A DNA stretch of 64,000 nt from an uncultured Gammaproteobacteria bacterium (GCA_964547465.1 CAZJNI010000005.1:7020-71019), one strand, 5' to 3'. Shown: positions 1-9,696, numbered from the stretch's first letter. The notes: generated by a model not told the origin, from the sequence alone. Made by a program: numbers and translations.

Positions 1-2
1 GC

Positions 3-2042
3 ACGGGCACACAATGTCAGAACTATTCTATCCAGGATCCTTATTATCCTCCGGAAGGAGTTTGCCCCGGAGGAAATTATGTTCCTTGTGGATATGGAAG
101 TTATCCTGCCTGCAATGATCCAAATGTTTGTGGGGGGCCTAGCTGTAATTACAACAGAACTTATAACCAATGCTGTGGCAGTAGTTTAAGTCAGAGTGTG
201 CAGGAATACACATACTCTGACGGTTCTGGAGTATGTAATTATGTAGTAGGAGCATGTAATCAATCTGATCCTGCCTGTGCACCTACTCCAACCCCAACTC
301 CTGTACCCACCAATGATGCCTCAACTTGTACGGCCATCAGTGTAAATGGTGGTAATCCTGTTATTGTTGGAAGAAATTATCCTGCCACAGTCAGCATGAG
401 AAATGATGGAGACACTAACTGGATATGGGACCAGCCAAACCCATACAGATTAGGCTCCCAGGACCCTCAAGATAATAATGTTTGGAGTTTAAGCAGGGTG
501 GATTTGCCAAGTTCCCCCAAGGCCCCGGGTACTACTGCCACATTTAATTTTAATGTCTGGGCCCCAACCACTGCCGGAACATATAGCTTTAACTGGCGGA
601 TGGTTAAAGAAGGGATTCACTGGTTTGGATCTAAATGTTTTTATAATGTCGCAGTTAGCCCGGCCCCAACTCCTACTCCAACACCTATTCCTTTTACCTA
701 TACCTTAACAAATGGTGGAGACAGAAGTATTATTCAAGGCTCATCCACCACAAATACTATAACTGCCACTCTTGGTTCCGGTACAACTCAACTGGTTAAC
801 CTTTCTGTTTCAGGTTGCCCGTCTGGAGTGACCTGCTCTCTTTCCCCCACCTCCGGTAATCCTACTTACACAAGCAGCTTAACCATGAGCGCCAGTTCAA
901 CTGCCGCCACAGGGACTTTTCCGATAACAGTAACCGGTACATCTTCCGGGTTATCTAACAGAACCTCCACCTTTAATTTAATTGTTAACCCTGCTTTAAG
1001 TCCACCAGCTCCAACTGCTTCCACTCCTTTACCTTGTATTAATGCCGGTTACAATGGATCCGGGGTAACTATTTCCTGGAATACCTCGACTAACCCTGGG
1101 GTAACATATGTGGATATAGACAATGACTCTAATTGGGCTAATGGTTATTATCACAAAGCTGTCAGCGGCTCTTCTACCACTGCTGATAATTTTAACGGCT
1201 TTGCCGGTTTATCCGGAGTATTAACTTTAAATCCCAACACTACCTACTATTTCAGGACCTGGAATGGGACTCAAAATAGTGCTGTAAATTCTTTTAGCAT
1301 TCCCAGCTGTGCAGACCTGACAGTAGATTCTCTTTCTCCCACTAGCGCTGTAGCGGGAAATGCTGTCAGCTTTTCCGGCAGGGTGCTAAATTCAGGCAGT
1401 ATCTCTGCCGGAGCATCTTCAACCAGGTTAAGGTTTGCATCAGTTGCCGGAGGAAGTTTAGATACTACCCCGGCCAATCAACCAGTGGCAGCTTTGGCTG
1501 CCGGAGGCAGCCAGACAGCCAGCTGGGCCTCTGTTTGGACTGCCAGTGGAGCAGGAAATCATACATATGAAATTTGTGCCGATACTCCTGCCAATGCAGT
1601 TTTAGAATCCAGTGAAGTAAATAACTGTACCACTGGCAATATAAATGTCACTTCTGCCCCGGCTTTTGATTATTCCCTTTCTAATTCAGGGAATATCACC
1701 CTTACTCAAGGTTCTTCCGGATCCAATACCATTACCAGAAATTACCTTTCAGGAACCTCCAGCGGAGTAACTATTTCTGTTGTTTCAGGATTGCCTGCCG
1801 GTGCCACAGCTGCTTTCACCGCTAACCCTTGCAGCCCAACCTGCTCCAGTACCCTGACTATCTCCACTTTATCTTCCACCCCAACCGGCTCTTATCCTAT
1901 TTCTGTTACCGGTTCTCCCTTAGGTGTTAGTACCACACCTACTAATTTTACACTGACAGTTAACCCGTCTCTTGGAGGTAATCCCTGGTTTCAGACAATA
2001 GGTGGAGATGTACACTCAAATACTGAAATATATACAAGATGA
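3..2042 (+). CDS. Large Cys/Ser/Thr-rich secreted or surface protein with NBR1-like Ig and CARDB-like domains; 5' end lies outside the window
   Basis: Frame is open from base 3 to TGA at 2042. Contains PT linkers, an NBR1-Ig-like segment (MRNDGDTNW...FNWRMVKEGIHWFG) and a CARDB-like segment (ADLTV...ICAD...ESSEVNNC). Confidence 0.75.
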   Translation, partial: TGTQCQNYSIQDPYYPPEGVCPGGNYVPCGYGSYPACNDPNVCGGPSCNYNRTYNQCCGSSLSQSVQEYTYSDGSGVCNYVVGACNQSDPACAPTPTPTPVPTNDASTCTAISVNGGNPVIVGRNYPATVSMRNDGDTNWIWDQPNPYRLGSQDPQDNNVWSLSRVDLPSSPKAPGTTATFNFNVWAPTTAGTYSFNWRMVKEGIHWFGSKCFYNVAVSPAPTPTPTPIPFTYTLTNGGDRSIIQGSSTTNTITATLGSGTTQLVNLSVSGCPSGVTCSLSPTSGNPTYTSSLTMSASSTAATGTFPITVTGTSSGLSNRTSTFNLIVNPALSPPAPTASTPLPCINAGYNGSGVTISWNTSTNPGVTYVDIDNDSNWANGYYHKAVSGSSTTADNFNGFAGLSGVLTLNPNTTYYFRTWNGTQNSAVNSFSIPSCADLTVDSLSPTSAVAGNAVSFSGRVLNSGSISAGASSTRLRFASVAGGSLDTTPANQPVAALAAGGSQTASWASVWTASGAGNHTYEICADTPANAVLESSEVNNCTTGNINVTSAPAFDYSLSNSGNITLTQGSSGSNTITRNYLSGTSSGVTISVVSGLPAGATAAFTANPCSPTCSSTLTISTLSSTPTGSYPISVTGSPLGVSTTPTNFTLTVNPSLGGNPWFQTIGGDVHSNTEIYTR

Positions 2043-2046
2043 AAAA
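2003..2046 (+). repeat. 44-bp direct repeat, copy 1 (3' end of the first gene)
   Basis: tggagatgtacactcaaatactgaaatatatacaagatgaaaaa, identical at 3025-3068. Confidence 0.95.
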
Positions 2047-2068
2047 ATAGTGATGATATAATTAACTA

Positions 2069-2368
2069 ATGCAAAAAATGCCTCTCTTTTTAGAACAATA
2101 CTTCTGGGATGTAGATTTTAAAAAGCTCACTTTTCAAAAATCAAAAACTTTTATTTTAAAACGGGTACTAGATAGAGGCGATGACAAAGCAGTCAAGTGG
2201 CTACTAAAACACTATTCAAAAGAAGACATTACGCAATTATTATTAACAAGCCGGGATCTTTCTCCAAAAACTGCTAATTTTTGGGCAGACTTGCTAAGTT
2301 TAGACAAAAGAAAGGTTGTATGTTTACAAAAACCTTACTCCCGGATACAATTCGGGCTCTCAAGCTAG
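2069..2368 (+). CDS. DUF6922-like small protein, putative antitoxin partner of the AbiEii-like gene
   Basis: FWDVD...FILKRVLDRGD...W motif; TATAAT 6 nt upstream of the ATG; overlaps the next gene. Confidence 0.7.
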   Translation: MQKMPLFLEQYFWDVDFKKLTFQKSKTFILKRVLDRGDDKAVKWLLKHYSKEDITQLLLTSRDLSPKTANFWADLLSLDKRKVVCLQKPYSRIQFGLSS

Positions 2369-2955
2369 TATCTAAAATAGATATTATCAAAAAAAGTTAT
2401 TTAGCAGGAGGCACTGCATTAGCTTTGCATTTGGGGCATAGAATCTCAGTGGATTTAGACTTTTTTACTTTGCATGTTTTTGATGAAAAGTCATTGGCTG
2501 GCGAGCTTAAAATGCTGCCTGAATATAAAGAGGACGGCATAGCCTGGAGAACTGTCTGGGGAAAAGTTAGCAAGACTAAATTCAGTTTATTTTACTATCA
2601 ATATCCCCTGATTAAAAAAACCGTTAACTTTGAGGGCATCCAAATTCTTCAAAAAGAAGATATTGCTGCCATGAAAATACATGCTATGGAAGACAGAGGC
2701 ACTAAGAGGGACTTTTTTGATTTGTATTTTCTGGCAAAGGAGTTTAGTTTGGAACAAATGCTAAAGTTTTATGATCAAAAATATGACAATTTAAAAGAAC
2801 ATATCTATATAATTATCAGAAGTTTAAACTACTTTGCTGATGCAGAAAAAGATAATGACCCCAAAATGCTCACTTCCGTTTCCTGGGAAGAAGTTAAAAA
2901 TTTCTTCAAAAATCAATCCCTCCAACTTGCCAAAGACAAACTAAAACTCAAATAG
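2320..2955 (+). CDS. AbiEii/AbiGii-family nucleotidyltransferase toxin
   Basis: YLAGGTALALHLGHRISVDLDFF and K..A...RG.KRDFFDLY motifs; start placed at MFTKTLL. Confidence 0.85.
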   Translation: MFTKTLLPDTIRALKLVSKIDIIKKSYLAGGTALALHLGHRISVDLDFFTLHVFDEKSLAGELKMLPEYKEDGIAWRTVWGKVSKTKFSLFYYQYPLIKKTVNFEGIQILQKEDIAAMKIHAMEDRGTKRDFFDLYFLAKEFSLEQMLKFYDQKYDNLKEHIYIIIRSLNYFADAEKDNDPKMLTSVSWEEVKNFFKNQSLQLAKDKLKLK

Positions 2956-2966
2956 ATGATTAGGTT

Positions 2967-2995
2967 TTGACATCTATCCCAAAAAAACCTAAGAT
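2967..2995 (+). promoter_or_regulatory. Sigma70-type promoter ahead of the 3061 gene
   Basis: TTGACA-17 nt-TAAGAT. Confidence 0.6.
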
Positions 2996-3024
2996 AAAAT
3001 GGTGTCAACATTCCAGGCAATGAA

Positions 3025-3068
3025 TGGAGATGTACACTCAAATACTGAAATATATACAAGATGAAAAA
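3025..3068 (+). repeat. 44-bp direct repeat, copy 2 (displaced 3' end, reads GDVHSNTEIYTR*)
   Basis: Identical to 2003-2046; its ATGA overlaps the start of the 3061 gene. Confidence 0.95.
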
Positions 3069-5262
3069 TATTAACTTAAAATATCTGGAATTATTACTTT
3101 TGTTTTTTCTCTTAACCTTGATTTTGGCATTGAAAACTCAAGTCGCTTCCGCCCAAACTCCAACTCCAGTACCTCTGCCTTGTGGTTTTGGGGTAGCCAG
3201 AGCAACTGGATTGGTTACTACACCAAAGTTCCAGTCAGGTAGCAGTAACTTTGGCACCACTGGAGCTTGTATTATTGACCCTAAAACTTCTTTTGCTCCA
3301 TTTAAGATTCCTTCATTTGATGATTTAAAATCACTTTATTATAATCAAAAAAATAGTACTAACGTCACTAAACATGAGTTGAGTGGAAATCCGCCGTACA
3401 GCCAAACCAACATACCTTTCACTGATTCTACAGACTCTCTTTATCTTGTTAACAGTGATCTAACAATCAGCGGCAATAACACTGGTACTCATACCGGTGT
3501 TGTTTTTGTAGAAGGGAACCTGAATATAACTGGAAATTATTGTTACGGAAGCACTTGCCCTGCAGGTTCTGTCAATGGCACAATAGGCACTGTATTTATT
3601 GTTAGTGGGAATGTTAATATTGCCTCAACAGTTACCAGGATTGATGCGGTTTTAATCTCCAGTGGCACAATTTATACTGCCGGAGCAAATTGTAATCCTA
3701 ATTCTGTGACAGGAAGCAGCAAACTAACTATAAACGGTAGCTTAATATCCTTAAAACAGCCTTCAATCACGGATCCAAACGCTTCTTATATCAAATTCTG
3801 TAGATCTCTAACAGATAATAGTCAACCTGCAGAAGTAATTAATCATCAGGTAAAATATTTAGTAATTTTACGGGATCTCATATCTGATACCTGGCAAAAA
3901 TGGTCAGAGATCGATGCCAGCTTACCCCTGCCAACACCTGGCTCTACCCCTGCCCCAACCCCCATTCCCACCCCAACCCCCACACCCACACCAACACCTA
4001 CCTCAACTCCAACACCAACTTCCTGTTCTGTGACCGCAGGGGTTGTAACCTGTAACTATGCTGGTACTCAACAAACATGGGTTGTACCAACTGGTATAAC
4101 TTCTATTAGTGTCGACGCCAAAGGCGCCCAAGGAAGTAATGGTAATCGGGGTGCAACTGGTGGAAAAGGGGCGCGTGTTATAGCAACTATTAGTGTTACT
4201 GCAGGAGAGACTTTGTATATCTATGTAGGCGGACAGTCTCTTGGGAGGTCGGGTGGATATAACGGAGGAGGGACAGGTGGCACAGACCCATCAAGTGATC
4301 TTGCCGGGGGTGGCGGAGGTGCGTCCGACATCCGGAAAGGCGGAACAGCGATTAGTAACCGTGTTGTAATTGCGGGTGGTGGAGGAGGTGGCGGCTCGGA
4401 ATGTTCCGCATGCTTAAATGTAGCAGGATCAGGCGGAGCTGCCGGTGACCCTCTAGGTAAAATTGGGTCTAATGGAACCGGGACTTATAAGGGATTTGGT
4501 GGTGGGGGTGGTACTATGACTGCCGGAGGAAGCGGAGGTGCAAGCGGTGGTGGTGCTTCAACTGCCGGCTCTAGTCCTGTTAGTGCTGGTATTGGTGGGG
4601 CTGGAGGAAATGGCGCTGGTAATGGAGGTGGAGGTGGAGGTGGCGGAGGCGGTTATTATGGTGGAGGCGGTGGAGGTGGTGGTGATAATGCCGGCAGTAA
4701 TGCTGGAGGTGGCGGTGGAGGTGGTGGATCCAGCTATGGTGATACATTTACCAGCGGCTATCAAAGTGGCAACGGTCAAATTATTATCACGTATTCAACT
4801 TCTACTCCCCAACCTGTTGTGACTTACTACCGTGATGCGGATGGTGATACATATGGTAATCCCAGTGTCACAACCACTTCTTCAACAGGTGCACCTGCCG
4901 GTTATGTCTCCAATAATACTGACTGTTATGACTCAAATGCCAATGCCAAACCAGGCCAAACTCTTTACTTTGCTACCCAAAGAGGTGATGGCAGTTTTGA
5001 TTATGATTGTAATGGGACAATAGAAACAGACGGAAAAGCAATCCATCAAGGTACAGGTGGTTATAGTAAAAATATTGTTTCTGGTAACTGTGCCTATGTT
5101 TCTAATGCTAAATACGGTGCTAAACTTACAAGTAGTTCTTGTGGAACTACTGGAACCTATTATGTTTATGAAGATAACAGGGTGTACGATGGCAGTTGTA
5201 CAGGGACTCTTCTTGGGTATCTTCTTCAAGATATAGGTACATACACAATGCAATGCAGATAA
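3061..5262 (+). CDS. Secreted/surface protein with PT linker, glycine-rich domain and putative metal-binding repeat
   Basis: Signal-peptide-like N-terminus; GAQG...GGKGA...YIYVGG...GGGGGASDIR Gly-rich domain; YYRDADGDTYG...DCYDSN motif. Confidence 0.75.
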   Translation: MKNINLKYLELLLLFFLLTLILALKTQVASAQTPTPVPLPCGFGVARATGLVTTPKFQSGSSNFGTTGACIIDPKTSFAPFKIPSFDDLKSLYYNQKNSTNVTKHELSGNPPYSQTNIPFTDSTDSLYLVNSDLTISGNNTGTHTGVVFVEGNLNITGNYCYGSTCPAGSVNGTIGTVFIVSGNVNIASTVTRIDAVLISSGTIYTAGANCNPNSVTGSSKLTINGSLISLKQPSITDPNASYIKFCRSLTDNSQPAEVINHQVKYLVILRDLISDTWQKWSEIDASLPLPTPGSTPAPTPIPTPTPTPTPTPTSTPTPTSCSVTAGVVTCNYAGTQQTWVVPTGITSISVDAKGAQGSNGNRGATGGKGARVIATISVTAGETLYIYVGGQSLGRSGGYNGGGTGGTDPSSDLAGGGGGASDIRKGGTAISNRVVIAGGGGGGGSECSACLNVAGSGGAAGDPLGKIGSNGTGTYKGFGGGGGTMTAGGSGGASGGGASTAGSSPVSAGIGGAGGNGAGNGGGGGGGGGGYYGGGGGGGGDNAGSNAGGGGGGGGSSYGDTFTSGYQSGNGQIIITYSTSTPQPVVTYYRDADGDTYGNPSVTTTSSTGAPAGYVSNNTDCYDSNANAKPGQTLYFATQRGDGSFDYDCNGTIETDGKAIHQGTGGYSKNIVSGNCAYVSNAKYGAKLTSSSCGTTGTYYVYEDNRVYDGSCTGTLLGYLLQDIGTYTMQCR

Positions 5263-5293
5263 GCCGGACCTGTTTCCACTTTACCTAAAATAT

Positions 5294-5320
5294 TTACTTC
5301 CCAAAATTTCTTTTCTGGTT
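5294..5320 (-). repeat. Displaced uppS 3'-end copy (NQKRNFGK*)
   Basis: Minus strand aac cag aaa aga aat ttt ggg aag taa matches the uppS terminus QKRNFGK*. Confidence 0.85.
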
Positions 5321-5952
5321 TAGAAAACTATTTCTGCGTTGGGGAGTAACTTCTTAATATTGTCTTTTTCAGATTGTCCAAGATTGTTGCCGGTTAGTTT
5401 TAAACTGTGGAGCACACTTAAACTGCCTATTTCTTTTGGAAATTGGGTAAGTTTATTACCTGATAAATCAAGAGCTTGCAGGCTTACTAATTGATTAATT
5501 TCTGCCGGGATTTGAGTAATTTGATTATCAGATAAATCAAGACTCATTAAAGTTGTTGCGGCTAAAACCTCTGTTGGGAACTTGGTAAGATTATTCCCTT
5601 TTAAGGAAAGCTCGTTTAGTTTGGTAAGTTTACTTATATCATTGGGGACTGTTTCAAGTTTTTGTTCCGACAGGTTTAAAACACAGGCTATATCAATATT
5701 TTTTAAAGCCTCATCAAGTAAGCTAAACTGTTTGCAAATTACTTTAACAGGCTCATCTGTATTTAAGCTTGAAGAATTTGTGGATGAGTTTTGAACAGGA
5801 ACTGATGAGTTTTTACTGACCTGCTTTAAGTTTTTAAATAAGCCGAATCTTTGCAGGACAAAAAGGATAAAAATTATCACCAAAATCCCAATTACTATAA
5901 AAACAGCTTTTTTTACAAAATTGGTATTCCCTTCTGTTGGTTGCTGATCCAT
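5320..5952 (-). CDS. Membrane-anchored leucine-rich-repeat protein
   Basis: N-terminal TM helix and LxxLxLxxNxL repeats; start moved to MDQQ (TTGACA-17-TACTCT-6-ATG). Confidence 0.8.
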   Translation of the reverse strand: MDQQPTEGNTNFVKKAVFIVIGILVIIFILFVLQRFGLFKNLKQVSKNSSVPVQNSSTNSSSLNTDEPVKVICKQFSLLDEALKNIDIACVLNLSEQKLETVPNDISKLTKLNELSLKGNNLTKFPTEVLAATTLMSLDLSDNQITQIPAEINQLVSLQALDLSGNKLTQFPKEIGSLSVLHSLKLTGNNLGQSEKDNIKKLLPNAEIVF

Positions 5953-5997
5953 ATCTAAAGAGTATTTAAAATTGTTCTCTTTGTCAACGAGTACGTA

Positions 5998-6029
5998 CCC
6001 CAAAAATTTCTTTTCTGGTTTTGGTATAG
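5998..6029 (-). repeat. Displaced uppS 3'-end copy (LYQNQKRNF, then a 1-nt shift)
   Basis: cta tac caa aac cag aaa aga aat ttt tgg gg. Confidence 0.75.
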
Positions 6030-6043
6030 TTAGAATATATTGT

Positions 6044-7072
6044 ATGAAACGTGGCTTTACCTTAATTGAACTACTGGTTGCTGTCTCAATTATTGCTGTT
6101 TTATCTACCGTTGGTTTAACCACTTTCTCAAATGTTCAAAAAAGCGCCAGAGATAGTGTCAGGAAAGGTGATTTAGTAACTCTTGCCACAGCTTTGGAGA
6201 TATATTTCCAAACAAATGGGAAATACCTGGTAAATACTGGCAGCTGCATAGATAATACTGCAGGCTCAAGTCTTTATACTAATGCTGATTATGCAAAATT
6301 AATCAATGGATCATTACCTAAAGATCCCAAAACCGCAGCAAATTATTGCTATGAATCCCCTTCCGGTTTAACCTTTAAACTTTATGCAAAGCTGGAAGAT
6401 AATACAGACTATATCTTGACTTCTGAAGATTATATAGCCCAGGCAACCCCTGCTCCCACATCCACACCAACTCCAACTTCCACACCAACAAGCACTCCAG
6501 CCCCAACTGCAACACCAACTCCTATCCCAACCGCAACCCCCATTCCCACTCCAACCCCCATTCCTGCCAAACGTGTTTTTGTCACCTCAACTACATATAA
6601 TGGAAATTTGGGAGGATTATCCGGAGCAGATATTAAGTGTCAAACCAAGGCTAATGCTGTGCCTTTGGGTGGGACTTGGAAAGCATGGTTAAGTGATAAT
6701 ACAACTAATGCAAAAGACCGTTTATCTCATCACAATGGGCAATATCAACTGACTAACGGGACCAAGATTGCTGACAATTGGGATGATTTAATCAATCTTT
6801 CTGCATCAAATTTCCTTGATAGCCCTATCAGTTTAACGGAATTTGGTTCTTCAATTATCTCTAGTGGTACTACATGGACAGATACTTCACCTACAGGTGA
6901 TATAATAGTGATTTCAGGACAAAATAATAATTGTTACGGATGGACTAGCCCGTATAATGTAGCTTTTGCGCTTGTGGGAGAAATAGGCAGACAGGATGAA
7001 CGCTGGACACAGAGCATTGCTCCCCGCCAATACTGTAATTATTATTACCGTTTATATTGCTTTGAGCAGTAA
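6044..7072 (+). CDS. Type IV pilin/GspG-like protein with PT linker and DUF1554-like C-terminal domain
   Basis: MKRGFTLIELL prepilin motif; RVFVTSTTYNGNLGGLSGADIKCQ...WKAWLSD domain. Confidence 0.8.
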   Translation: MKRGFTLIELLVAVSIIAVLSTVGLTTFSNVQKSARDSVRKGDLVTLATALEIYFQTNGKYLVNTGSCIDNTAGSSLYTNADYAKLINGSLPKDPKTAANYCYESPSGLTFKLYAKLEDNTDYILTSEDYIAQATPAPTSTPTPTSTPTSTPAPTATPTPIPTATPIPTPTPIPAKRVFVTSTTYNGNLGGLSGADIKCQTKANAVPLGGTWKAWLSDNTTNAKDRLSHHNGQYQLTNGTKIADNWDDLINLSASNFLDSPISLTEFGSSIISSGTTWTDTSPTGDIIVISGQNNNCYGWTSPYNVAFALVGEIGRQDERWTQSIAPRQYCNYYYRLYCFEQ

Positions 7073-7075
7073 CTG

Positions 7076-7105
7076 CTTTCCAAAATTTCTTTTTTGGATT
7101 TGGTT
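7076..7105 (-). repeat. Displaced uppS 3'-end copy (NQIQKRNFGK)
   Basis: aac caa atc caa aaa aga aat ttt gga aag. Confidence 0.8.
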
Positions 7106-7141
7106 CATATTGTTGTTTGACTGCAAATTATTTTTAATGAT

Positions 7142-7360
7142 ATGATGGTTTTTAGTGAGAAACTATCAGTTGGGCAGCAGAGAACCTTGTCCGAATTCTT
7201 TGGCAATGCAGGCGTTGCTTGGCTTTCAGCAGGCGTAATTGTACCCTTTTTTACCGGGAGAACATTGGCTAATTTTATTACTTCGATAGCATGGGGAACT
7301 TTGTTTGCGATAGGATTTCTTATAATTGCTTTGGTAGTAACGAAAGGAGTTAAATCATGA
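7142..7360 (+). CDS. Small two-TM membrane protein
   Basis: 72-aa hydrophobic ORF; ATGA overlap with the next ORF. Confidence 0.6.
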   Translation: MMVFSEKLSVGQQRTLSEFFGNAGVAWLSAGVIVPFFTGRTLANFITSIAWGTLFAIGFLIIALVVTKGVKS

Positions 7361-7455
7361 TTTCTCAAGATTTACTTAATTTCTTTGCCGCTGCTTCTAT
7401 CGCGAGTGCTATTGTTGTAGTGATTATTTATATTCTTTTCCTGAAAGAGAGATGA
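7357..7455 (+). CDS. 32-aa single-TM peptide (not in ORF track)
   Basis: MISQDLLNFFAAASIASAIVVVIIYILFLKER*, preceded by AAGGAG. Confidence 0.55.
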   Translation: MISQDLLNFFAAASIASAIVVVIIYILFLKER

Positions 7456-7464
7456 GGTGAGATT

Positions 7465-7545
7465 ATGTTAACACCACTGGTGATTGCTGGAATTATTGCC
7501 ACTATTATTGTGGTGTTTATTGCTATCACTCTTTATCGCCGTTAA
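7465..7545 (+). CDS. 26-aa single-TM peptide (not in ORF track)
   Basis: MLTPLVIAGIIATIIVVFIAITLYRR*, preceded by GAGGTG. Confidence 0.55.
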   Translation: MLTPLVIAGIIATIIVVFIAITLYRR

Positions 7546-7585
7546 AATCATGTACAAGGACAATCCACTTTATTGATGCTTTATT

Positions 7586-7621
7586 TCACTTCCCAAAATT
7601 TCTTTTCTGGATTTGGTATAG
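7586..7621 (-). repeat. Displaced uppS 3'-end copy (LYQIQKRNFGK*)
   Basis: cta tac caa atc cag aaa aga aat ttt ggg aag tga versus uppS WYKAQKRNFGK*. Confidence 0.9.
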
Positions 7622-7635
7622 TTAGAATATATTGT

Positions 7636-9678
7636 ATGAAAAAAGGCTTTACCTTAATTGAACTACTGGTTGCTGTCTCAATTATTGCTGTTTTATCTAC
7701 CGTTGGCTTGAATACTTTCTCAAATGTTCAAAAAAGCGCCAGAGATAGTGTCAGAAAAGGTGATTTAGTAACTCTTGCCACAGCTTTGGAGATATATTTC
7801 CAGACAAATGGGAAATACCTGGTAAATACTGGCAGCTGCATAGATAATACAGCCGGGGATATTCTTTATACAGATACTAATTTTAAAAAATTTATATCAG
7901 GAAACCTTCCTCAAGACCCTAAAACTAAAAATCATTACTGTTATGAATCCCCTGCCGGGTTAACCTACAAACTTTATGCAAAGCTGGAAGATAATACAGA
8001 CTATATCTTGACTTCTGAAGATTATATAGCCCAGGCAACCCCTGCTCCCACATCCACTTCCAGCCCAACATCAACTCCAACTCCCACACCAACACCTGCC
8101 CCAACTGCTACTCCCACCCCAACTCCTACACCAACTCCAATTCCGATTCCAAAAATCTGTTATGACATTAACAGGATTGATGATTTTCCACCCACCTATC
8201 CCGGAGAAAGTATCAGATTGAAGCCTGTGGTGGATTGGACTAAAGCTGTTAAGGTAGTGATGCAGTATTATGAATACCCCAGACTCCTGGCTCCCCCTGA
8301 AAATCCTTTTATAGCCAATAAATGGATTTCTATACCTGGTGGAACTATTACCTCATCCACTGGTGAGGTTTCCTGGGTAACACCTTCTTATCCCGGGGAC
8401 TGGTGGGTTGGCATGGTGGCTTATGATGCCACTGGTAAAAAAATTGCCAGCTGGGATACCGGAGACAGCACAGACTGTACCAAAATTGTGCGCTTAAGAC
8501 CATATAATCGAACTTGCGGCGACACAAATGATGACGGAGAAAAAGTCTCTACTGAACCTGTTCTTCCTACAGAATGGAAAGTTTATACAGTAGGCAATAA
8601 TGTGTTGTTAAAGTGGAATATAACAAATAGTGACGGTCCCGTAAATGACCAGTTTGAAGCTCAAAGATCTTTGCAAGCAGGCTTTACTCCCCAATTTCCC
8701 CCGGCAGTATCGAGTTTTAGCACCGACTATAATTGTTATTGGGATGAGGATGCCGGCCAGCAAATATGTCTTAATCATGCTACTGATTTTTCCTCATTTT
8801 CAGCAGGATCATATTTTTACAAAATCGCCTCTTTTAGAGAAGGAGGGGAGCTTGATTTAACCAGACAGGCCATATCTCCCTTTATTATTAAAGTAAATCT
8901 GCCCCGGGATTCCAGCTGTTCAGGTACTATCTACGGCCCTCCCGCCTCTTCTAACTTTAATATCTCCTCCGGTCGCACTTTTCGTTGGGAGTACCAAAGT
9001 AGTTTTACCACATTTAGCGGCTGGTACCTTTATGGTCCTAATGGTTTCAGGTTTAATATTCCTGTAAATAAAGTCTTAACCACTTCAAACTGCAGGGGTA
9101 TTAGTTCTCTAACCTGTGCCAGCTGGACTTCACCCTATCCTTTGCCATCCGGCAGTTATTATATTCAATCCTATAAGGCTGCCTGCGGTGGCAGCTTGGG
9201 CGGTTCCAGCAATACGGCTTATCTTTCGTCTACCCAAACCGTCTATTCGCCTCCCACCACAACAGCCACTACCGGCTCGGGTTCTGCCGGTTGGAGTAAT
9301 GCCTATATTTCTGCCAGTTGGCAAGCCAACCTTCCCGCCAGAACGTGTAACTCTGCAGACGATGATGGTAACTGTACCAGTTACAGTAATGATTACAACC
9401 CTGCCGGATATCATCTCTACAGAAGTAGTACACCTTTTGATCCGGGTGCAGCTGAAGTTTTAAATAGCGGGGCCAACTTTTCTTCTTATGACAGATATGC
9501 TTATTTCCCCAATTTATCTAACGGAACTCACTATTTTGCCATTAAAGCCACCAACAGTTGTGGCAATGGCTGGTCAGAGATCTTAAAAGTTGATCTGCCT
9601 TCAGGGACAGTTTCCGGGATACAGACCAGCATTTGGTCAGCTTTAAAAGCTTTCATCCAAAAATTCCTGCCTTTTTGA
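7636..9678 (+). CDS. Type IV pilin/GspG-like protein with PT linker and long beta-rich C-terminal region
   Basis: MKKGFTLIELL; N-terminal ~140 aa largely identical to the 6044 gene, unrelated after the linker. Confidence 0.8.
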   Translation: MKKGFTLIELLVAVSIIAVLSTVGLNTFSNVQKSARDSVRKGDLVTLATALEIYFQTNGKYLVNTGSCIDNTAGDILYTDTNFKKFISGNLPQDPKTKNHYCYESPAGLTYKLYAKLEDNTDYILTSEDYIAQATPAPTSTSSPTSTPTPTPTPAPTATPTPTPTPTPIPIPKICYDINRIDDFPPTYPGESIRLKPVVDWTKAVKVVMQYYEYPRLLAPPENPFIANKWISIPGGTITSSTGEVSWVTPSYPGDWWVGMVAYDATGKKIASWDTGDSTDCTKIVRLRPYNRTCGDTNDDGEKVSTEPVLPTEWKVYTVGNNVLLKWNITNSDGPVNDQFEAQRSLQAGFTPQFPPAVSSFSTDYNCYWDEDAGQQICLNHATDFSSFSAGSYFYKIASFREGGELDLTRQAISPFIIKVNLPRDSSCSGTIYGPPASSNFNISSGRTFRWEYQSSFTTFSGWYLYGPNGFRFNIPVNKVLTTSNCRGISSLTCASWTSPYPLPSGSYYIQSYKAACGGSLGGSSNTAYLSSTQTVYSPPTTTATTGSGSAGWSNAYISASWQANLPARTCNSADDDGNCTSYSNDYNPAGYHLYRSSTPFDPGAAEVLNSGANFSSYDRYAYFPNLSNGTHYFAIKATNSCGNGWSEILKVDLPSGTVSGIQTSIWSALKAFIQKFLPF

Positions 9679-9696
9679 TAGTAAATTTATAAACTT

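Noticed and set aside
3930-4730. PT-linker and poly-Gly coding repeats
   Set aside because: Ordinary codon-period low-complexity linkers of surface proteins.
5953-6123. Long overlapping N-terminal extensions in the ORF track (also 7573, 36038, 37916, 37973, 62219)
   Set aside because: Downstream ATGs with -10 boxes or conserved N-termini explain the genes without overlaps.
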